In this document: piece by piece, positions 19,821 through 30,960 of the stretch
Layout: every line of letters begins with the position of its first letter
How positions within the stretch are numbered: the stretch's first letter is position 1
Origin: Trichomonas gallinae
Taxonomy: Eukaryota
Length of the DNA stretch: 52,190 nt
Direction of reading: 5' to 3'
NCBI GenBank assembly: GCA_008369845.1
Contig: MRSU01011486.1
Coordinates: forward strand, 1-52,190
Translations under genes and position numbers: made by a program
Notes under the pieces: model-generated
Told to the model about the DNA's origin: nothing
Databases searched by the model: none
The model's input: only the letters and a program-made list of their open reading frames with translations

Positions 19821-20109
19821 ATTAAAAAGTCATAGTTGTTGCATTCACCAACAATGATATGAGCAAATGGGAAAATCTTTTTCTGAAACTTAACTTTTTC
19901 ATCATCTTCGTTTCCATAACGAAATTATCTTTCATAACAAAATGCATAATCAATATGTACCTCATATAATAAGCTTACACGTTATCCTATTATTTTTGTT
20001 CAAAAATGACTCTAAGTTCAGTGTCGACACTTTTTTGATCTGACTTAGCATCAAAAAAGGGTCCGCTAAAATTAATTAGGATATAATCATTTCAAAATAA
20101 ACTGTTTTA

Positions 20110-20343
20110 TTGGCTTCATACATTGAATGTTTTAAAGCTAGAAACGGTTCAATTTTATCAATATACAAAGAATTTGATGGCACTGCTGTGCTGCCTGAAG
20201 CTTATCAAAATGTTCGAATAATTTCGATTGGAGAAGGAGCATATAATTATCTTTTATTTGAGAAATGTAGGATCATGTATGGATATTTTAACTACTATTT
20301 AGCTGCATCTTTATTACCAATAATTATTCTTTATATCGATTAA
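20110..20343 (+). pseudogene. BspA-like (TpLRR) surface protein fragment
   Basis: FDGTAVLPEAYQNVRIISIGEGAY resembles the BspA N-terminal motif GxVVIPxTVxGYPVTSIGxxAF. Short, with a TTG start. Confidence 0.4.
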
Positions 20344-20833
20344 ATTTCAATGAATTTGTTAGTTATAAAATCTATAGTTCTGAGTTTCTAATGAAAAATT
20401 TGTCTAACACAAATGAGAAAAATAATTTTGTAAAATAAGAGCTTAAATATCAAGTGATTGATTGTACATACGCTATAAGCAAGAATAACTGCAAATATAA
20501 ATCTAGCATGCTTCTATTCTAGTTTTTAAAGAATTTCAGAATTCAAAATGAATTAATTTGGATTTGACTTGTAGGAATGTTGATAATAGCGTTCAGTGTA
20601 TTACTCTGTCGTTATTTTAATTTCAAATGTCAAAATAATTTATAATTAATGTATCAACATGAAAAATCAATTTGTTTATATGAGAAATCAGAATTAATTA
20701 TTATTTAATATCCTTATCTTCTTAATATTTTCAACTTTAGAAATAAGAGCTTGAATAAACAATCTAATGGCTGTAATAAATAGATATAATGAAAAAAAGA
20801 ACATAATAAAATTTTTACATACAAAAAAATAAA

Positions 20834-23800
20834 CTAATATAATTCCTGAACAATATTTCCAATAGTTTCGAAGCTGACTTCATAACCGTTGACTCCTGGC
20901 TGCACTTCTCTCATTTCTCCGCAGTTCTTAGACTTGATGTTGCAGCAGTCGTCGATGAAAACAACTTTCTCCTTGTTTGTGCCGAAGACTGTCCTTATCA
21001 TATCCTTCTTGCGCTTGTACTTAATTGTGATGTAAGGCTCATTCGTTGTCTCAATGTCAGCTGCAAATTCCGTCCTCATCACGACAGCATTTTTGAGCGA
21101 AGTAGCTGGTGGATTCGAATTCCTAACAATAGAGCCGGCGATGAGATCCCTGATGAACAAAATGGGGATATTAATATCTGATCCTCCATACAAGAAGTAC
21201 ATGCAAGATCCGTTGACCCTCAGCAAGTAGATGGACGAGTAACACTGCATTAGGTTATAGGCACTGACAAAAACTTGATCGACAGCATTAGTGAATTCAT
21301 AATTTTCAACAGAAGCAACAATGATGAATGCGCGGTCAAAATGCAATCTTATCATCGAGTTGTCGCATAAAAACTTCGCTATCTGACTTGGAACGCATTT
21401 CGTCAAACGCGACAAAAGCGCGTATTGTGGTGAAGTGTCAGCTGATGTATCATAGAGAGCAATTCTGATGAGTTTGCCTGTCTGATAGCGAGACTCTGTG
21501 TACTTCCTGACCTTCTTCGGATTTATAGCAAAAGTTCTCTGTCCGTTTTTGTCCGGCGGAAATACTTCGTCGTATTTTCGCCCTATGATTTCAATCGGCT
21601 GAATGTTTATCAACTCTATACAACTCTGCGAAATATTCGTGATGATTGAAGAGTCAGCAGTAATCATCAATGATATAATATTCTTGGGCAGCTTGGATTC
21701 TTCGTCATTATCGCGCGGTTTGTTTAGGTCGTCGAGATAATCAACAGGGAAGTGGAAAAGAGAATTGAAGCCGTCAACAATATATTGGTCGACCTTTGAA
21801 AAACCGATTGTGATTAAAATCCAAATCAAAAGTGAAGCAGAAGTGAAAGCTAGCAAACCAGTCTGCGAAGTATAACTGATTTTATCTGAATCTTCCAAGA
21901 AGGGCATCAGTCCTCTGTTGTAGATTGACAGTTTCTGGTTTAATTCGACTGATTTCTCGTGGCTTAAAACGAATGTTAAATTTGTAGACTTGTCGTACAT
22001 TTCTGACGGAAGGTTGTGGAGAATTGAGATGTTCTCCACTGTCCTATCCAAGTATTTGTGGCTGTTGCTGCGCTGGAAGTATAAGACAACTAATTCGTAA
22101 CAAATAATTGCTGTAGCTATAATCCACGGTACTGAGTAGATGAATGTTATTGTGTACAATGTAGGCTTGTAGTCGTTGTTTGTTCCTTCTATAGTTTTGG
22201 CGACTAAATCAACATTTTTGAGCGATTCTGGTAGTACACCTTCTCTTTGTTCTTCTCTGAACGAAAGAATTGATTCGTTGCCTGTTGACTCACTGTTGTC
22301 GTCGCTGACTTCTGACGAGCACATTGTTGACACTAAAGGACTCATTAAGCCGAATTGCGAAGGACGCAAAACTTGATCAGCGCCAATGAAGGAAATTGAG
22401 ACTTTGGACTCCTTTAGATTCACATGGTGAGAGTTTGGTGAAGTTGACATTGGAGCAGAACCGATTTGCGTCTCCGATTGATATTTAGCAACTTTAATTC
22501 TGTTTGTGGCGGGTGTTTTAGGCTGTTTTATTTCTATTGGATCTTTGCTCTGTTCAGGGAACTGTATTCTGAATAAGTCCCAGCTTTCTAGACTCTTTTT
22601 AAGCAATAACATTGATAATCTTTCTTTTGATCCTAAAAATTGGACCGCTTCCCTAGGAAGGTTGTTCATTTGGTAGTTCACATTGATATATAATATATAT
22701 ATAGTCAATGCGATGCCGACTCCGATGAGAATGAAGAAATAAAAGAAATATCGATAGAAGATGTAAATTGCATCGTCATTCTGCATGAAAGCTGTGACAT
22801 TTCCCGTGAAATATATATAATTCATATGAACGCCGTATAATGAATCATAAATAATTTTCGAAGCATTTTTGAGCTCATTGCAGTCTTCTTCTGTGATTTT
22901 CGCTAAATAATCAGCAACTAAGCCCATTGCTTTCGTAACAAAGTAATAATCCTCTCTAAACGAAAATGAATAATCTGCAATGTACTGATAAACGTTCGTC
23001 TTCATCGATTTGCATGTCGCCGAACTCTCATTAAGCGAAAGCAAAATCGGCTGAAGGATAATTCCTGACGTAAGTTTTACAGATAAATCAATTGTCTCTT
23101 TAACGAGATCTTTGATGTTCATAATAATCTTAAACTGAACTTCATCTGTGTAGGTTTCCGCTGACACGAAAACAAAGGCCCAGCCCATTGTTAAAATGAA
23201 AACTAAAATTCCAGCGTATGACTTGATTTTTGTGCATTTTTGAACGAACATAGCCATTGGTGAGTTCAATGAGCCTTCATCTCTGTATATAACTTTCTCA
23301 TCGATGTGGAATCTAAGGTGAGAATAAGAAGATAAATTCGAATTGATTTCTTTGTTGCTGGAGCTTTCGTCGAGTGAATGCCCATTCTCTTCTGAGTATC
23401 GTTCGTTCGAAATCGGATAGCATTGGGCCATAGTTTTGAAAATCGGATCAATTATTGATCCAGGCGAATCTCTGAGGCTATTTGCGTATTTTCTGTAAAG
23501 AACTGATAGTGATGGGTCGCCTGACGCGATTAGAGAGATTTCTGCGAAACTTTGGAAAACAACAGGATCATATTGATAGATAAAGCATAGATATCTGATG
23601 TAATTCGTAAGTTCTACGTGTGTAAGTGCTGCTTTTGTCGCGTGAATGAAGGAATTTAATGAATTATTTTCGAGACGATTTTGCCAGAAAAGAGATAAAT
23701 CAACTAAATACGAACGGTGGAGGTCATCGAGAGCTGTTAAGCACTGCGGCGGCGCCGATTCTTCATAAGATTGGAATATTCTTTGGAAAAGATAAAATTG

Positions 23801-24961
23801 ATAGTCGTAGTAAATACTTGAGCCTTTCCAGGCCTTGAGCATGTAAAGAATCTTCGGCCTTTGGCTTCTGAAGATGCCTAAGAACCTAACGACTTCAATC
23901 ATTTCTTCTGGATCTTGCTTAAGTCTTAAGAGAACGAAATCATCGAAAGAGTCGATATCTGCTTCTATTTCAGCCGCTGTTCGCATAACAAGCGAGTTTC
24001 TTATTGGCAGCCACCAGGGCGGATCATATCTTTGCTTGAAAATGAGATAAGCACACTTTTTCATGAATATCTTGTAAAATGAGAACAAACCCGAATAAGC
24101 TGCAGTCATGAAAACGAAAATTATGACAGGATGTAAATACTTAATCGGATGTAAATAGCCAATCAGGACAAATGGTGCTGCGAAGAATGCACTGTCACTT
24201 AGTATGGCTCCAAATATGCTCACGTGGATTCCTAAAGATATTCTATGTTCTAAAACTATAATAATAATCACTGGATACCAAGCATAAACTAACATTTCGA
24301 CTATGAAGTGCCTGTACTGGCCTAGAGTGAGTTGGACACCTACGATTAAAAATTTAAGGAAAAACATCAAAGGTTCCGTAATACCCGAGAATATGTCAAC
24401 CAGAGCTGACGTAAAAATGATTTTCGGCCGAAAAAATATCGACGAGAAGTAATTAAAAACGAAACAAAGGACGAAATTCAACGTCAATATAAGAAATGAG
24501 CATAATCGACCAAAGGAGAAAGATCGAAAGATGAGGATTAACTGCTGTGTCAATTTGAAATTAAGCTGCATTTGGAAAACTGGGATTACAAAATCGAATA
24601 ATGAAATCAGTAAGAATAAGACGTTCTTTTCTATATACTTTCCGTTCTTGGCCTTATTCGCATTGCGGTTGAAGAACCAAAACAGGAAAAATAAAAAGAT
24701 CGTCTGTAAGATATTTGTGAAAATCGGGATTACAGTGAAATCAAAACAGAAATTCAGTAACGAGGCGTTATTTAATATCCTTGTGAGTGTAGGAGTACGC
24801 GTATTAATGTCTTCGAACTTGCAGAAATCTAAAATAAAAATGACTACCTGCAAGTAGCATATGATTTCTCTGATCCATTTCAGTCGAAATGGCAGGGAGG
24901 CTCTATATCGAAGCTCAAAAGCGAGTTCGTAGTAATTTTTCGCATACTCCCTGATGAACAT
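20834..24961 (-). CDS. Large multi-pass membrane protein of the trichomonad transmembrane cyclase-like family, with a highly degenerate C-terminal PAS/cyclase-like region
   Basis: 1375 aa. N-terminal TM cluster, helical linker and further TM pairs. PAS-like ITNISQSCIELINIQPIEIIGRKYDEVF. Cyclase-homology remnants (CVPSQIA, AFIIVASV, IYLLRVNGSCMYF). Inr TCACT at 24986-24990. Confidence 0.7.
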   Translation of the reverse strand: MFIREYAKNYYELAFELRYRASLPFRLKWIREIICYLQVVIFILDFCKFEDINTRTPTLTRILNNASLLNFCFDFTVIPIFTNILQTIFLFFLFWFFNRNANKAKNGKYIEKNVLFLLISLFDFVIPVFQMQLNFKLTQQLILIFRSFSFGRLCSFLILTLNFVLCFVFNYFSSIFFRPKIIFTSALVDIFSGITEPLMFFLKFLIVGVQLTLGQYRHFIVEMLVYAWYPVIIIIVLEHRISLGIHVSIFGAILSDSAFFAAPFVLIGYLHPIKYLHPVIIFVFMTAAYSGLFSFYKIFMKKCAYLIFKQRYDPPWWLPIRNSLVMRTAAEIEADIDSFDDFVLLRLKQDPEEMIEVVRFLGIFRSQRPKILYMLKAWKGSSIYYDYQFYLFQRIFQSYEESAPPQCLTALDDLHRSYLVDLSLFWQNRLENNSLNSFIHATKAALTHVELTNYIRYLCFIYQYDPVVFQSFAEISLIASGDPSLSVLYRKYANSLRDSPGSIIDPIFKTMAQCYPISNERYSEENGHSLDESSSNKEINSNLSSYSHLRFHIDEKVIYRDEGSLNSPMAMFVQKCTKIKSYAGILVFILTMGWAFVFVSAETYTDEVQFKIIMNIKDLVKETIDLSVKLTSGIILQPILLSLNESSATCKSMKTNVYQYIADYSFSFREDYYFVTKAMGLVADYLAKITEEDCNELKNASKIIYDSLYGVHMNYIYFTGNVTAFMQNDDAIYIFYRYFFYFFILIGVGIALTIYILYINVNYQMNNLPREAVQFLGSKERLSMLLLKKSLESWDLFRIQFPEQSKDPIEIKQPKTPATNRIKVAKYQSETQIGSAPMSTSPNSHHVNLKESKVSISFIGADQVLRPSQFGLMSPLVSTMCSSEVSDDNSESTGNESILSFREEQREGVLPESLKNVDLVAKTIEGTNNDYKPTLYTITFIYSVPWIIATAIICYELVVLYFQRSNSHKYLDRTVENISILHNLPSEMYDKSTNLTFVLSHEKSVELNQKLSIYNRGLMPFLEDSDKISYTSQTGLLAFTSASLLIWILITIGFSKVDQYIVDGFNSLFHFPVDYLDDLNKPRDNDEESKLPKNIISLMITADSSIITNISQSCIELINIQPIEIIGRKYDEVFPPDKNGQRTFAINPKKVRKYTESRYQTGKLIRIALYDTSADTSPQYALLSRLTKCVPSQIAKFLCDNSMIRLHFDRAFIIVASVENYEFTNAVDQVFVSAYNLMQCYSSIYLLRVNGSCMYFLYGGSDINIPILFIRDLIAGSIVRNSNPPATSLKNAVVMRTEFAADIETTNEPYITIKYKRKKDMIRTVFGTNKEKVVFIDDCCNIKSKNCGEMREVQPGVNGYEVSFETIGNIVQELY

Positions 24962-26325
24962 TTATTTTTTTTTATCAGTTCAATCAGTGAGCTTTCAATT
25001 ATGCTCAATCGCGACATATTAAATCTAACATTTAGATCATTATAATTATTTTGTTATTCAAAAATTAATTTGAAAATATTTTGGGCTATTAGACATTGTA
25101 TAATATAAATACGGTGAAATGATTTCATTATTTTTCTCAATTGTGATTAAAATTGAAATCTTTTTCGAGATTTTATCTTGATAATTGTCACAAATGATAA
25201 TAAAGTGTAATTATGAGCAAATTACAAAATTGAAAGATTTGAGTGCACTCATTAATTTTATTTGGATTTTCTTTTATTAGACATAGATATAGACATAATT
25301 ATAAAATTTTATGAGAATTATTTTTTGACACTCTCTGAAAAATGAACATCTCTCAATCAATAATCAAATTATTTAGGCTGTTATCATATAGTTATTGAAT
25401 ATTATTCGATGTTAGACGTCAAATTTGAAAAAGTGGCAATGATTCAAATTGATTGATTTATTATTGTCATGATAGGTAACAATTTTATTATTATCATAGT
25501 TCGCGAACTTCACGATTTTCTTTTGATTTGCCATAACCTTGATTAATCAAATTCATTCCACGGGATTGAAATCAACAAATCCTTATTTGAACGTACGGAA
25601 CCGAATCACCAGTTCCTACATATGAAAACCAGTTCGTTAATCATGAAATATTATGTGGATTTGAAGAAAGCAAATATTGAAGGATAATAATAAACCGAAA
25701 TCTATTGGTTATTTTTAATCAGTGAACCATTTATAACTATTTATTCCAAACTAAAAATATGAGTTCAACGAATAATTTTACGGGCGTATAAGCGAGAGAT
25801 TGGCTTCTAGAATTTTCGTAGATTTATTAATTATAAAATTTTAAACACATGATTTTTCGAATTTAATTCTTTCAATTGAAAAATTTAATCAAATTCATAT
25901 TTTGGATATGTATATTAATATTAAGCGAAAATCTAAGGACCATATTTTGTCAAACCGCATCATATTCAACCAAGAATTTATTAGTTCCTTTATTCTACTC
26001 AGGAAAATATTAATTCATTGGCGTTAGTTATTTTTTTAAATATAATCATATTAAATTCAATTGAATTTTCTATTAAATTTAATAACTATCATCGATATTA
26101 TTCTAATTATCATTATTAATCTAACATTCTAAATTTAATTGAAAATTTTAAAAAATACGATTTCATAATTATCTATTATATATTAATATTATGCAAATTT
26201 TGAAAATTTAGTAGAAAAAGTGCTGAATTTGAATGCGTCTCTTTTTTATAAAAATATACTAATTTCAATAGTAAATAAAAAATCATCATCCAAAAATCGA
26301 AAAAATAAAAAAAGTTATAAAAATC

Positions 26326-29300
26326 ATGGGGAAAAATGATTTTCCTATATGGGAAAATCTTCAAGGGTGGCCTTATTTCTATCATTTTTTTCACCTCGTT
26401 ACGTCATGCCAGGAAGATTCCCATGTTATTCGTAAGATTTTCGATTCAATAGTTCCGTTTTTAGTTTTTTTGAAGCTTTCTTGCCTTCCACTGGTCATTT
26501 CTTCGTTTCAGCCCAGTATGTTTCGAACTATTATTGGAGGATTGCTCGATCAGATTATCTCTCTAAAATTTATAGAATCGAAATATTGCAACATATTAAT
26601 TTTCGCTTTTGTCAACGTATTTTTAGGCTTTCTGATATACTTTTACCGACATAGAGACCGTATGATGCTATTTCACGCTCGTTCACCGTTAAATTTTATT
26701 TTACAATCACTTTCTCCAGTTTTATCCAACTATGCTGCTTCGAATCTATATATTACTGTGTCACAGTTATATCTAGGACGTGAAAAATATTATTTATTCG
26801 CTGTTGCACTTTACTCATATATTTTACTCTTTATTTTCACATTTATTGGCACATTATTCAGATCTACAAAGCCTACGCTTAAATCTTTAAGTCATTCTTT
26901 TTGCAAACACACAGATTATTTTTGGTTAATACAAATCCCGAATATAATGCAACAAACATGGAACTTCAAAGAGGTCTGCCCGTATGGATTCTACGTTACT
27001 TTAGGACTTTCGCTTATAATGTGTTTAGGTATTGGATATTGGACATCAACTTTTCCTTTCATTACTGTACGATCGAACATCTTCTGCATCGATGTATTCG
27101 GCATATGCACAAGTTTACTCATAATAGAATTCATTTTAGTTGCAAAATTAATTCCTGAAAAAGTTGCTTTCATTTTAATGCTTGCTGTTGTCCTGATCTG
27201 GATTGCTTTCCTAGGCGAATACGTCTTCAGGTTCTACTGCTGGCTCGTTCTCAAGAGAACAAAATTCGATCCTGCAAATTTATTTGACAACGACAACTGC
27301 TTACAACTGCCAAATGTCAAACCGCATTTATTCATGCAGCTCATTAGATATTTAATTACAACCAAGTTCAAAGAGATACATGTGTTGTTGATAGGCGCCA
27401 TAGACTCGGAAAGAGATTCTGAGCTGACTTTAGAGTGCGGAAAATATCTGATGATTCACTCGATAATTCCGCATCGACTCAGACAAGTATTTTTGAATTT
27501 TGACATCAAATCAATCAAATTCACATCCAGGCCGACATTGTGCGAGATACAATACAAGGTCGACAAATACATAAACTCAGTTAACGACATCTCTGAGTGT
27601 CTTGAAGTCTTGGATGGAGCGAAACAAAGAGCGAAAATCGCATTATATGCTTTCGTCAACGCTTTGTGCGAAAATACTGACCCAAAGCAGCGTTACATCA
27701 ACTCCCTAAACTTTGGCTTAGCCAGCCATAACTATATAGAGATGGCTGAGTACGCGATAGAAGGAAATCCGCTCTCGGGAGAAATCGTCAAAAATTATCA
27801 TGACTATTTGATCCACTACGGTGGAGATTTTTGCAGAAGTGAAGAGTTGGTGCAAATTTCAGATTCTATCCATTCTTCTCTCATTAATGTATCTGATTCT
27901 GATAAGCCTTACGGATTTTCTAACAACAAAAACGCAATTTCTCATGATGAGTTTGAGCAAAATTTGTCGCATCAAAAAGCTTTGGAAATTATTCCCAATT
28001 ACCCAATAATCGTTTACACTTTCTGCGCGATATTTTTAGGAATACTGATGCTGTTTCCTATATTCTCAATAGAGTGGTACATAAGGAAGATCCAATATGA
28101 TCCGCAAGTTTATTTCCACAAAGCGAATTCGCCGATATTTTTCAAAACATATTTCTCGTGCGCGATGTTGGAAGGAGCCTTAGCGCGATTCGGTAAATAC
28201 ATTCCTGACATTCTAGGTGAAGACCTTGGTGTTATTACTATCAACGCGATGAGGAACTACTTGAATAGCATAACATACTCAGGAGACAATCTGCCTATTT
28301 ATGACGGAGCAGGTGAAGACATCAGAAATTATCCGACAAAGTTTTTCGAATTAATTGTAACACAAATACAAGAATTCAACACAGCACACGCGGCTAGAGA
28401 TGCACTGTTGGATGGATACAATGGTTTAGTCCACATGTTTAATGTTTTTGAGCCATTGGAAGATAGATACCTGAAAGCTGCTGAAAGTCAAGATGCTATA
28501 ATGAGCATCTACGAGTTTTTGATATACTGTGGTGTTTCTTTTTGCGTTTTAATCATTTTCATTTTGATAGTCACTATTGTATGCAAGAAATACATAGATT
28601 CGATGATCAATATTCTCGCGACAATTGAAATGCCGACATTAGAAGAGTTTCGATCAAATTTGTTTTTAAACATCAACCAAAACAAAACCAAATTCGAAGG
28701 AGATGATGATATAGATAACGATGGAGCTCTAGAGTTAGATGAAATTGAAACAAATGAAGTTAATCATTTCGTTCAACAGGATTACACAGAATTTATCGAA
28801 AAAAGTTTGAACGCGCCAATAATGTTGGGAACTTTCGACGCAGGTTTGCCGAGCACTTTGATAATCTATATAATCATATTGTTCGTCTTGAGATACACAT
28901 TATGTCCTGTTACATATTACATGTTCAAAGCTACAAAAGAAAGCTACGTCAAAGAAAAAATCTTCCAGCAAGAAAAAATGGATTTTATCGCGCACAAAAT
29001 TTTGCTACAATTGGATGCTGTTTTAGTAGATCTGACTTGCTCATGCGACGCCCATCCACAGGCAGTCGAATACAATGGCGAATATGGTAAAGAGTTAGGT
29101 AAATCGATAAAAAAATGGAACGATTTCGTCGATAACTACAACAGATCTCAAGCTTGGAAAAATGTTAACTTCACTTATGATTTTTTCCTGGAAGTTTTCC
29201 CTCAGTTCCATGTTTACACGCATGATACTTTGCTGTTCGTTGACACAAGCATTGGATATGGAGAGAATTTCCAATGGACAGGGACATTTATTTTGCTTTT

Positions 29301-30492
29301 CATTTATATCACGATTGTTTACAGACATGCGAATTATCAGAACTGTGTTCAAAAGCAGATAAGAAGAGTGGCTTTGATTTTGCACTCTAAATACACAGCA
29401 ACTGTTTCCATATTAATGAACGCAATAAGCATGGAGACAGGAGACAGAAAAGCTTTTGATTTCGAGCAGATATCTGAGCAAATAGTTTCTCAACTAAGAG
29501 ATCCTGTGATTTTCTTCAACGAAGACATGATTATTACCGGAATAAACCAGCAAGCGACTGCTGAGCTTTATTCAACTAAAGATGATCACGATGGGCATCT
29601 TTTGGAGACAATTCTGCCGATGCCTGACAATTCCACACTCTACAAATATTTGTTTAACATGAGACTCGCTTATGGAATTCGCGCGATAAGATGCTTTGAC
29701 TTCATTGTTCAAACTAAGACTTCAAAAGTTCCATATTCAGGCTGCTTGATTCCTATAACTAAAGATCACCGAATGGAGTTTGCCATTTTGATGAGATGTA
29801 AGTCAGAAATTATAGACATGCAGAAAGAGTCAAGAATGCTGAAGAAACAAGTCCAGAATCAGCTGAAAAGATTGATTCCGCCGAAAGTTTATGAATTATT
29901 GTTGGACGATGATGTTCCGAGTGTTTTTTCTTCAGATATCAGCTGCTGTTTAGCTGTTTCACTGCACCAAGTTGCTTATAGAACAAGTGACAGTGAAACT
30001 TATCCGCTGGATGATGCTGATATAACGCAAATCTGTTTATCGAACTTTGACAAGCTTTTGACAAAATATCCGATGATTACGAAGCTTAGATCGTTCAACG
30101 GCTGCTTCATTTTTGTTACATCATTGTTCACCGATGAACCAATAGAAGTCTGTTTGAAGGCAATCATAGATTTCTTCACAGAATTCTCCACTATAATGAA
30201 CAAATATTTCGAGTATGAAATTCTGTTGAGTGGAGTTTTCACTTGCGGTGGACCGATTTTTGGTTCACTTACAGGCATCACAAAGACTCTCTTCGATGTC
30301 TGGGGTGCTCCTATTATTCAGTGCTTCGACAGCTTAGACATTGTTCCGCCAGGAAAGTTGCTTCTGCTAGAAGAAGGCTACGAAAAACTAGAAGACAAGT
30401 CCGACTTTTGCTTGTTCACTCCTCACAGAGAACTCGACTACAAAGTTTATGTGACGAAGTCTCCAATCGGAATGGACTTCAATGCGCAATAA
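26326..30492 (+). CDS. Transmembrane class III nucleotide cyclase-family protein (multi-TM + PAS + cyclase homology domain), catalytic residues degenerate
   Basis: 1388 aa. PAS-like DPVIFFNEDMIITGINQQA. LKRLIPPKV...FDKLLTKYPMITKLRSFNGCF...GGPIFGSLTGITKTLFDVWG is the class III cyclase scaffold. Confidence 0.85.
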   Translation: MGKNDFPIWENLQGWPYFYHFFHLVTSCQEDSHVIRKIFDSIVPFLVFLKLSCLPLVISSFQPSMFRTIIGGLLDQIISLKFIESKYCNILIFAFVNVFLGFLIYFYRHRDRMMLFHARSPLNFILQSLSPVLSNYAASNLYITVSQLYLGREKYYLFAVALYSYILLFIFTFIGTLFRSTKPTLKSLSHSFCKHTDYFWLIQIPNIMQQTWNFKEVCPYGFYVTLGLSLIMCLGIGYWTSTFPFITVRSNIFCIDVFGICTSLLIIEFILVAKLIPEKVAFILMLAVVLIWIAFLGEYVFRFYCWLVLKRTKFDPANLFDNDNCLQLPNVKPHLFMQLIRYLITTKFKEIHVLLIGAIDSERDSELTLECGKYLMIHSIIPHRLRQVFLNFDIKSIKFTSRPTLCEIQYKVDKYINSVNDISECLEVLDGAKQRAKIALYAFVNALCENTDPKQRYINSLNFGLASHNYIEMAEYAIEGNPLSGEIVKNYHDYLIHYGGDFCRSEELVQISDSIHSSLINVSDSDKPYGFSNNKNAISHDEFEQNLSHQKALEIIPNYPIIVYTFCAIFLGILMLFPIFSIEWYIRKIQYDPQVYFHKANSPIFFKTYFSCAMLEGALARFGKYIPDILGEDLGVITINAMRNYLNSITYSGDNLPIYDGAGEDIRNYPTKFFELIVTQIQEFNTAHAARDALLDGYNGLVHMFNVFEPLEDRYLKAAESQDAIMSIYEFLIYCGVSFCVLIIFILIVTIVCKKYIDSMINILATIEMPTLEEFRSNLFLNINQNKTKFEGDDDIDNDGALELDEIETNEVNHFVQQDYTEFIEKSLNAPIMLGTFDAGLPSTLIIYIIILFVLRYTLCPVTYYMFKATKESYVKEKIFQQEKMDFIAHKILLQLDAVLVDLTCSCDAHPQAVEYNGEYGKELGKSIKKWNDFVDNYNRSQAWKNVNFTYDFFLEVFPQFHVYTHDTLLFVDTSIGYGENFQWTGTFILLFIYITIVYRHANYQNCVQKQIRRVALILHSKYTATVSILMNAISMETGDRKAFDFEQISEQIVSQLRDPVIFFNEDMIITGINQQATAELYSTKDDHDGHLLETILPMPDNSTLYKYLFNMRLAYGIRAIRCFDFIVQTKTSKVPYSGCLIPITKDHRMEFAILMRCKSEIIDMQKESRMLKKQVQNQLKRLIPPKVYELLLDDDVPSVFSSDISCCLAVSLHQVAYRTSDSETYPLDDADITQICLSNFDKLLTKYPMITKLRSFNGCFIFVTSLFTDEPIEVCLKAIIDFFTEFSTIMNKYFEYEILLSGVFTCGGPIFGSLTGITKTLFDVWGAPIIQCFDSLDIVPPGKLLLLEEGYEKLEDKSDFCLFTPHRELDYKVYVTKSPIGMDFNAQ

Positions 30493-30960
30493 CTCTAATA
30501 TGTTTGTATTTATTATATTTTTCTTTTGTTTGATATTACTATAAATATAGATATTATGTTTGTTTGTAACTTTAGATTTTTTTTACATCAAAGCAAAATA
30601 TAAACATGTATCATCAATTAGAAAATATTGTAAATAGATCATATCATTATGGGCAGATTAGGAAGGATGATATTTGTTTAGAACAGGCATCAATGCAATT
30701 GTTTTAATATTTATGCTCAACAATGCATTTGTCAAATTATTTTTTCATCTATTTCTGACATAGGAGGAAATTTCTGTTTGTGAACCATATCCTACTAGTT
30801 ATGATAAATATGAAGTAATGACTTCAATTACTATATCTTTGGTAATGAATGTTTTTCATCGTGAAGTATTTATTAGATAATAGTTTTGCATTGTTTGATG
30901 ACAAATATAAATAGTTTGGTGAATAAAAGAGTATAATAAACATGTTTAATAAAAATAATA

